From the NCBI GenBank assembly GCA_016748015.1, contig JAAOMT010000294.1:5050-38886 (forward strand): DNA of 33,837 bases, read 5' to 3'. The DNA comes from Geosiphon pyriformis uo1 (taxonomy: Eukaryota > Fungi > Glomeromycota). Of this stretch, positions 24,876-33,837 are shown one piece after another. The notes beneath the pieces were generated by a model. It saw only the letters and a list, made by a program, of their open reading frames with translations, was not told where the DNA came from and did no database searches. How positions within the stretch are numbered: position 1 is the stretch's first letter; every line of letters starts with the position of its first letter. Both the position numbers and the translations under genes were made by a program.

Positions 24876-26891
24876 TTACTTGGACAAATCGCTCTTAGAG
24901 CACATCATCGAAATCGATTGGAAACAATGGAAGATCTGGAAAAAGTGGAAAATCCGAGTCCACAAACCAGTATTGGAACGTGTTATCGAAATGGATGGAA
25001 AATAGTGAATAATCTAGAAGAAACATTTCAATTCTATTTAAAAACAGCAGAGGCCGGAAATCAAAAGGCACAATACAACCTTGGATGGTGTTATCAAAAT
25101 GGATGGGGAACCACAAAAAACCTCCAAAAAGCATTTGAACTCTATTTAAAAGCAGCGGGGGCAAATAACTTATGTTATCGAAGTGATTTTCCNNNNNNNN
25201 NNNNNNNNNNNNNNNNNNNNNNNNNNNNNNNNNNNNNNNNNNNNNNNNNNNNNNNNNNNNNNNNNNNNNNNNNNNNNNNNNNNNNNNNNNNNNNNNNNNN
25301 NNNNNNNNNNNNNNNNNNNNNNNNNNNNNNNNNNNNNNNNNNNNNNNNNNNNNNNNNNNNNNNNNNNNNNNNNNNNNNNAGGAACGACAAAAAATTTAGA
25401 AAAAGCATTTGAACTCTTTTCAAAAGCTGCAGAGGGGGGACATTTACTTGGACAAATCGCTCTTAGAGCACATCATCGAAATCGATTGGAAACAATGGAA
25501 GATCTGGAAAAAGTGGAAAATCCGAGTCCACAAACCAGTATTGGAACGTGTTATCGAAATGGATGGAAAATAGTGAATAATCTAGAAGAAACATTTCAAT
25601 TCTATTTAAAAACAGCAGAGGCCGGAAATCAAAAGGCACAATACAACCTTGGATGGTGTTATCAAAATGGATGGGGAACCACAAAAAACCTCCAAAAAGC
25701 ATTTGAACTCTATTTAAAAGCAGCGGGGGCAAATAACTTATGTTATCGAAGTGATTTTCCTGATTTGAATGTCCATGACCTTTCTTTAGAGGACCAAGAC
25801 GATCTTGAATATATCAATTTACGGTTCCAAAATCGAGGCTTTAAATACCTAGATAATTTCAACGGAGAATTTTTAAATTTTGAAGCCTTCTTTGACCAGC
25901 TTTCAGATGAATTCAAGTGTTTTAAATGTGGCAACTTGGGTATAATCATTAGTGGATCTCCTATATGTCCATTTTGTGATACTGATAATAGTGATGATAA
26001 TGTTTTTGAAGCAGGCTTGCCGAAATGTTTAGAATGCTATGANNNNNNNNNNNNNNNNNNNNCCACTTGCAAATACATCCTTGAATGCTATGGGATCACA
26101 AAAGATATTACAACCGATGAATATGTTATGGTTTTACCATTTGCGGAACACGGGGACCTTAGAACTTTTCTCAAGTTGAACAAAGATATTCTTACTTGGG
26201 ACACGTTTCTTCGTATTCTTTTTCAAATTTCCAGTGGCCTAAGGTTTATACATGAATCAGAACTAGTGCATGGGGACTTGCATCCTGGAAATATCCTTGT
26301 TTTAAAAATAAACCCCTTAAAAGTTGTCATTTCTGATCTTGGACTCTGTCGTCCTGCCAATTACTCTCCACAGCTTGGCGAAATTTTTGGTGTTGTTCGA
26401 TACCTAGCGCCTGAAATTTGTAACTTGTCGCCTCATACCAAGCATACCAAGTGCAGCGACATTTATAGTTGTGCTATCATTTCCTGGGAAATTGTTGCAG
26501 GAGAAAGACCGTGGAATCATATTTTAGATCCTATGTCCATTCAATTATATACAATTCAGGGAAAGCGCCTCCCAATCCAAAAGCATACACCTCAATGTAT
26601 TCAGGAAATGATTGAAAAAAATTGGGATGATAAACCGCATTGCCGTGATAGTGCAGAAGAACTTCAAAAAAGAGTTATTGCTGCTCGCGACAACTGTAAC
26701 TTAAATGAATTTATCGGTAGAAAAAAACTTAATTACAAAACCATACAAGTTGCTAACCATGATAAGAGTCAAAAAATATTAAGCCCTACAATTTCTCAAA
26801 ATGGTAAGCTTCTCATTTATTATTATTTATTCTTTGAGGTTTTTTTATAATATAAAGGCCTTTTTCAGAGTTGGATTTGGCGTTTGGTTAA
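24255..26891 (+). CDS. Sel1-repeat array + Cys-rich (CxxC) linker + TKL-type non-RD protein kinase (5' end and kinase N-lobe hidden in gaps)
   Basis: At least 8 Sel1 units (GHLxAQYxLxxCYxxGxGTTKNLEKAFELYSKAAEA), then CFKC...CPFC...CLEC, then kinase motifs CYGITKD, GDL, HGDLHPGN, DLG, YLAPE, SDIYS. The frame is continuous from the last Sel1 units to the Cys-rich linker (25381-26042). Intron 26804-26868 and terminal exon 26869-26891 (ELDLAFG*). Confidence 0.85.
24812..25760 (+). repeat. Identical 381-bp direct duplication across a gap (24812-25192 = 25380-25760), probable scaffolding artefact
   Basis: Both copies abut the N-run exactly, and identical 89-aa shadow ORFs appear at a 568-bp offset. 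Confidence 0.85.
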
Positions 26892-27619
26892 GCTAGCAAT
26901 GCATGGTAAGTACACAATTGATGAGTTTCAGTTCTGATTAAATGGATAGCACTTTAATAATTATATTAATTGTTTTTATTAATATTTAGCTTAGAACAGA
27001 TGAAGAATTTGAGGGAGGAATCGGTTCTTTATATATATGTTTAAAAATATAATATAGACTATCATATATAGTTTTAATTTTAAAAGAAGTTTACCTTTAT
27101 TTTCGAACGTGAGGATTATTGACTGTAAAGCGTTTCCTTTTCAAAAAATTTCTGTATAAACATATTTGAAATATTAATGAGTGGTCATATGAATATTGTC
27201 ATCATTGATCAAATAAATAAGAATGATTTATTATTTTAACTTGGTATTCAAAACAACAAACCAAATGATTTTCTAGAATATTGAGACTTAAAAAATATCT
27301 TAAAAACACAACAATTCCACTTTCATATTAAAGTATTACCATAATATTAAACATTAAAATGGTAAGATTGAATAGAAAGAGAGAACGGGTATGTTTTTGT
27401 TATATTTTCATAATTAATTAATTTTATTCAATCGGGGATCATGACACAAAGATAATTGATACATATATATTTCTTTAATCAGTATTATTTTTTAGTGAAC
27501 CTTTACTTTTCAACACTGAAGTGGCAGCGGCCAAAACCTACTGCATTCTTTTACCTTACTCTCTGCCGCTAATATCATCATTTTGAAACATTTTATGCCG
27601 ATTTTAATCTTTTTAGTGC

Positions 27620-28510
<891 letters not shown>

Positions 28511-28685
28511 AGAAATATTGCGTTTTACAGTTAACGGGTTAGATTTTGTAAAAATTAAGTTAATAAAGTCAATCGAATCAAATCACCCACCCAAAAATGT
28601 AAAACACAATTTTTCTTGTAGATAAAAAATAATAATTTAAAATAAAATATTAAAAATTCAAATGTATATGAGTAACAATATAAGC

Positions 28686-28686
<1 letters not shown>

Positions 28687-28734
<48 letters not shown>
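28687..28734. repeat. (TAA)16 microsatellite
   Basis: Direct reading. Confidence 0.95.
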
Positions 28735-28735
<1 letters not shown>

Positions 28736-28959
28736 TTTAGACCCTTGTCACAAAATAAAGGCTATTACGTTTACAAATGAGACTCAAAAAGGAATTTTTG
28801 AAATTTGTATAGTTAGAACATAATGGTTAAACTCATATTAAAATTGCTCTTTAATATTTCAAAATTTGATTATTGCAAATATTTTTGTAATTACCACATA
28901 TAAAGCTTTTTTATTTTTCCAAAGCGAAATAAAATTTGTGAATTTATACATAATTCAGA

Positions 28960-29902
28960 TTAAGAATGAATCTGTCAGTCAAGGGATGTAGCAAGCAAAA
29001 ACTAATTTGGATAATTTGAAACAATATATTTTTGAAAAGGTGATTCTTTGCCAAAAACTAAAAAAAATTATTTATATAAGTTTGAATTTTTACTTTCTCG
29101 TGGTGCAAACCGTTTAACGTGATCGTTGGTATGTGTAATACAGTAAATGTTCAATACTTCGTTAATGTGTGCTGCCAGGACTGAATTACCAATTCTTGGT
29201 TGACTAAAAGTGGCTATAACTACTTTCGCATATTTATCTAATTTTGTGAGAAGAATTTTGTTTTCTGAAGATTAATTTTGCTAAGTGAATTGGAAATTTT
29301 TTCGTTTTAGAATAATTTCGAAAATAAAATAAAAGTTTAAAAAATTTCTAGAGTATTATTCAAACTGATTTATCTCCACCAATTTCATGTCCCGTAAATG
29401 ACATCTTTTTAGACTATGTGGTCCAAAAAAAATAAATTAATTAAATCTTTTAGTAATCTACGTTTTATAAATTTAACTTGATTATATCATGTTCTGTCCA
29501 GAATCAAAAGGATACTTTATTAAGGAATTTTTTTTTCAAATTCCATTCGTGCGGGGAAAATTCTTTTTTTAGTCCTGAAATGGATAATTACTTGCTGAAA
29601 TTTTTATCAAGAAATATGTCGGCTAAATTCTGAACAAAATATTTATTTTAATTTCAGCCAAATGATCATTATAAAAATAACAGATATTCTTTTAAGAAAT
29701 AACAGATATTTTTAAAAAATAAACAAACCAACAATTTTGGGAAAAACCTTGCTGTAGTCATTTGAATCCTGACAATATGCTGTTTCTATATAATCTTTGG
29801 AGTTTATTTTTACTTGTTAATATCCACGAGCTAAGTTAATATTGAAATTTTTGATTTTCCAAAAATATTTAACATATTATTAATTTTAAACATTTTTTTC
29901 AT
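28960..29902 (-). pseudogene. Lipase class 3-like pseudogene (copy 4)
   Basis: Minus strand: 'IETAYCQ' (~29770-29790), 'VIIHFRT', 'SFTGHEIGG' (29375-29401, followed by a mutated donor AT), 'VIATFSQPRIGN' (29185-29220), 'IYCITHTNDHV'. Stops throughout; boundaries approximate. Confidence 0.8.
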
Positions 29903-31337
29903 AATTTGTCGAGTTTTTAATAATAACACAAAATTTGCTTTTTATTTTAGTTTTGAAAAATTTGTAGACTTATTAAAGATGAAATTAATCTATTATTAAG
30001 TATTTATTGAACTTTTTATTTGATAAATTAATAACTGGCAGATAAAATTTTATAAAAGTTTTGGGTGTATATTCAACATTAAATTAAATTGATTTTGGAT
30101 GTAAATATTTAAATAATCCAAAAAAAAAACTAATGTAAATATTTCAATATTTAACTGATTTTGTAAAATAATTGAATACTATTAAAATTATAACAACCAT
30201 TCTGAGTTTTTTTAATACTTAAAAAATAAAATTTTTTGACAAATCGATTTATTTAATTTAAATTCTACCAATTAGCATTAAGTTTAAAACAAATATATAC
30301 TTTTAATATAATATTCAAAAATAATTTTAAAGCATGATTTTAATTTTTAGAGTATATTCAGTATTTATAACTTTTTTTTATATTGAATTTTTTGCTCGCT
30401 AATAAAAATTTGGAACCAATTTAAATTTTTTGCTTCAAATTGATTTTTGCAAATATTTTCAATAATAAAACAAAAAGCTGTTAATTTTAAATCTTTTTTG
30501 GCTTAATTCTTAATTAGTCGTTTTTGAAATATTTAAATTAAATAACAAAAAATGTTTTTATTTAAAAATTTGTTATAATAAGCAAGTTTTATTCCTAAAT
30601 ATGATTTTGTTTTGGTTTCTTCAATGTATAAATAGCATAATGTTTTGGATATTATTGGTTATTATGAAAAATAAAATATTTTTAACAAAATTCAATTTAT
30701 AATAGTTACAATTTTCATGCTTCCTGTATTTTTAATAAGTAGTAACCTGTTATTTTGTAAAATAATTTAATCAATTATTATTTGTAACTTTCAAACTAAA
30801 AGTAATATATATTAACTTTTTATTCTTTTATTATTATCGTTTTTTTATTGATTAAACTGATTGCCAATTTATAAATTATTTAAAATTGTAAAGAAAATTA
30901 TACAGTTTGTCTAATGTATTGTTGTAGACTATTATAAAAAAAGCTTTTTAAACATATTGTCAACTTAGATTACAAATTTCTTTTTTTTTGCTATATTAAT
31001 TCAAATTTATTTTGGTATTATTTGTTTTTACAAGTCAGCAAAAATATAAAATCTAATTTTGTAACAAAATTTAAAATAATAATGAGTATTGTTTTTATAA
31101 TTATATTTGAATGTAAACAAATTATCATAAAAAACAATTTTTTATTACAGTTTACATATATTAAGAATATTTTTTATCAGTTTTAATAAAAAACTTAAAT
31201 ATTTGTTCAGACAGAACAGAACAGAAAAACCAAATAAAACAGAATATTAATAATATAAAACAGAGCAAAAAAAAACCAAATAAAACAGAATAGATAAATA
31301 ATGAACAAAACTAATTTGAGTACTTGTTTTATAACTA

Positions 31338-31618
31338 CAGTAGTATCTCTATAAGTGCACACCCTTGGGGCCAACTATATTCATGCACTTAGAGAGAATA
31401 GTAAAATAGATACTATTTTACAGTAAATGTAAACTGTGCACTTTTTACAATTAAAACAATCTCAACTAGATCTAATGGTATATTATCTAACAAACAATCT
31501 AATTGGTCATTATTACACAATCGTCATGTGGATGCATTTAGCTCTAAGTTCCGAACTTGAGACCGGGCTATAGAGAGAATATGTATTTAGGGAGAATGCA
31601 CTTAGGAAGGTATCACTG
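31338..31618. mobile_element. Non-autonomous pogo/Tigger-like (Tc1/mariner superfamily) MITE, 281 bp
   Basis: TA target-site duplications (31336-37, 31619-20). Imperfect TIRs begin with CAGT: left cagtagtatctctataagtgca, right reverse complement cagtgataccttcctaagtgca. Internal repeats of the tgcacttag and gagaat motifs. Confidence 0.75.
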
Positions 31619-33038
31619 TAATTGCATTTTGGCTTAAATAACTGTATTGTTGAGGAAAATAATAATTTATTTTTTGGGATTTAAAAAAAATTTGCATTAT
31701 CTGTCATTTCTGTAATAGAATAGTAATATTGTCGAAAATATTTTTTTGTTGCGTTGCAGGGTTGTCTTTAATTTTCGAGAATTAATTAATTGTTTAAAAC
31801 ATTTCTAGAATATGTTGGTTGAATTAAGTTTTTTGTTGGCTCTTGATATTGTGAAGCAAAAAAATTTATTTTCAATAATGTTAGTGAATATTAAAATAAT
31901 TCTGTCTGATAATAAAGTTAGTATGAAAATGATAATATTGAAGTAGTGTATAAAAATATTGCTCTTAATATTGTTGTTGTTTTTTTGCAATTTGAGATTA
32001 AATAATGATAGCTTTTGGTTAAAAATTTAAAATTTTTTACTAAATTTATTTTGTTTGTAATTGATTAATATTTTTGGGATATTTTCTTTCAATTACTCGT
32101 GAATAAATTTTCGGATTGTAGATTTGAAAAGATTTCTGAATTCAGAAAGAGATTCAAGAAATTGAGAACTTAATAAGGCTTTAATAAAATTCTATTCTCA
32201 AGCTTATTCTTAAACGTTGGTTACCACTTTTAAGATAAACAATAGCACTTTATTGATAAGCTTCAAGTTTACCGTCTTTCATCCAGCTTAGCCTTTATAA
32301 ATCACCCAATTCAAAAAATTGAATGTATACATTTGCTTTAGATAAAATTAATTATAAAGATAATTGTATAAAAACCAAAGGATATTTGAGATCAGTGTTT
32401 TTCTTTTGAAATAATTTAAAAGTGAATTTTTCTTAGTAAATTTATATTATTTTTCTTGTTAACACCTTATTTTTAATGAATATGGTTTGTTAAATACTGA
32501 TATTAATTTTTTAAACTTTCAATAATTTTTCTTCACCAATAATAACTTTAAGTCTCAATATTCTGGAACAATTTTAGAACAAAACATTGATTATTTTATG
32601 TCTTATTTAAAATCATTTAGTTTATTGTTTTGAATAGAATAAATTTATTTGATCAATGATGAGAATATTCCCAACCCTATGAGTGAAAGTATAATGTTAT
32701 AAGTTTACAAATAATTTGATAAATAAAATTTATAGATTGAAGTTTACAGAAGCAAAATCTATTAGTTTATCCGAAATATCAAATTTTCTATCAAAGATGT
32801 TTATACATAAAATATTTGAAAAGGAAACGCTTTACAGTCAATAATCCTCACATTTGAAAGTAAAGGTAAAACTTCTTTTAAAAATAAAACTATATATGAT
32901 AATTTATACTATATATAAAGCTAAATATAAATAAAGAACCGATTCCTCCTCAAATTTTTCATCTGTTCCATTATTAAAGTGCTTACTGATTTCGTTGGTT
33001 TAACAAGGACGCAAACGTATTAATCCATCATTGCTAAT

Positions 33039-33837
33039 TTAATCAATTCCCAAATCCAAATCCAAATCCAACTCTAAAAAAGGTGTTTAGACTCAAGTTT
33101 TTAAATAATAAATATAATAAATGAAACACTTACCATTTGTAGAAAATTTAGGTTTTGAAATTAACAGGCTTCTATATCTTGTCCTATCTCGAATAGCATC
33201 TTGTGTCTCTTCAAGTTGAAGTATTTTTTCACGTATAGGTTGATTTAAGTTACAATCATCACGAGCAGCAATAACACTTTGTTGGAATTGTTCTGCAGTA
33301 TCACGACAATACGGATCATATTGCCAATTTTTTTCAATCATTTCCCGAATACATTGAGGTGTATGTTGTTTGATTATAGGGCGTTTTCCATCAATCACGT
33401 CAAAGCGTACATGAATAAGATGTGTATTATTCAAAGGTCTTTCTCCCGATATAATTTCACATGAAATGATAGCAAAGCTGTATATATCGCTATATTTAGT
33501 ATGATAACTCCCCTTGCAAATTTCAGGCGCAAGATACTCAAGAATACCATAAATTTTCCCAGACTGTGGAACGTAATCTGCAGGACGACAGAGTCCAAGA
33601 TCAGAAATGACAACTTTTAAGGGGTTTATTTTCAAAACAAGGATATTTCCAGGATGCAAGTCCCCATGCACTAGTTCTGATTCATGTATAAACCTTAGGC
33701 CACTGGAAATTTGAAAAAGAATACGAAGAAACGTGTCCCAAGTAAGAATATCTTTGTTCAACTTGAGAAAAGTTCTAAGGTCCCCGTGTTCCGCAAATGG
33801 TAAAACCATAACATATTCATCGGTTGTAATATCTTTT
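33039..33837 (-). CDS. TKL-type non-RD protein kinase, 3' part (paralog of the 24255-26891 gene; 5' part beyond window)
   Basis: Motifs GDL, HGDLHPGN, DLG, YLAPE, SDIYSF. Intron 33133-33074 is at the same position as in the paralog. Terminal exon 33073-33039 (ELDLDLDLGID*). Confidence 0.9.

Noticed and set aside
24812-25760. Apparent biological tandem duplication of the last Sel1 units
   Set aside because: The copies are identical, end exactly at the gap edges and have an offset (568) that is not a multiple of 3. An unmerged contig overlap is more likely.
24349-25949. Minus-strand ORFs over the Sel1 gene (also 3866-4072, 4320-4583, 16128-16325, 33279-33464, 33431-33613)
   Set aside because: Antisense or alternative-frame shadows of better-supported genes.

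Overview
Very AT-rich eukaryotic, intron-containing fungal DNA with four assembly gaps (2841-3784, 23528-24252, 25193-25379, 26043-26062). The Sel1-repeat proteins, tyrosine-kinase-like (TKL) kinases with DLG, F-box/RNI-like protein and Lipase_3 paralogs point to Glomeromycotina. The lipase expansion suggests a Geosiphon-like genome, but that is inference only. The window is a birth-and-death gene-family cluster. It holds four Lipase_3-fold paralogs: one apparently intact and three pseudogenes, and none of the three visible nucleophile elbows retains the GxSxG serine. It also holds a Sel1-array + Cys-rich + non-RD TKL kinase gene, an inverted paralogous kinase sharing a near-identical 258-bp tract, kinase, Sel1 and P450 pseudogenes, an intact F-box gene and a small 3-exon membrane protein. 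An intronless 125-aa gene resembles a stand-alone tyrosine-recombinase core-binding domain, and there is a pogo/Tigger-type MITE. The best candidate for an undescribed system is a diversifying Sel1/non-RD-kinase receptor family co-clustered with catalytically dead lipase-fold proteins, possibly a recognition or immunity locus. All family assignments come from motif recognition by eye; no searches were run.
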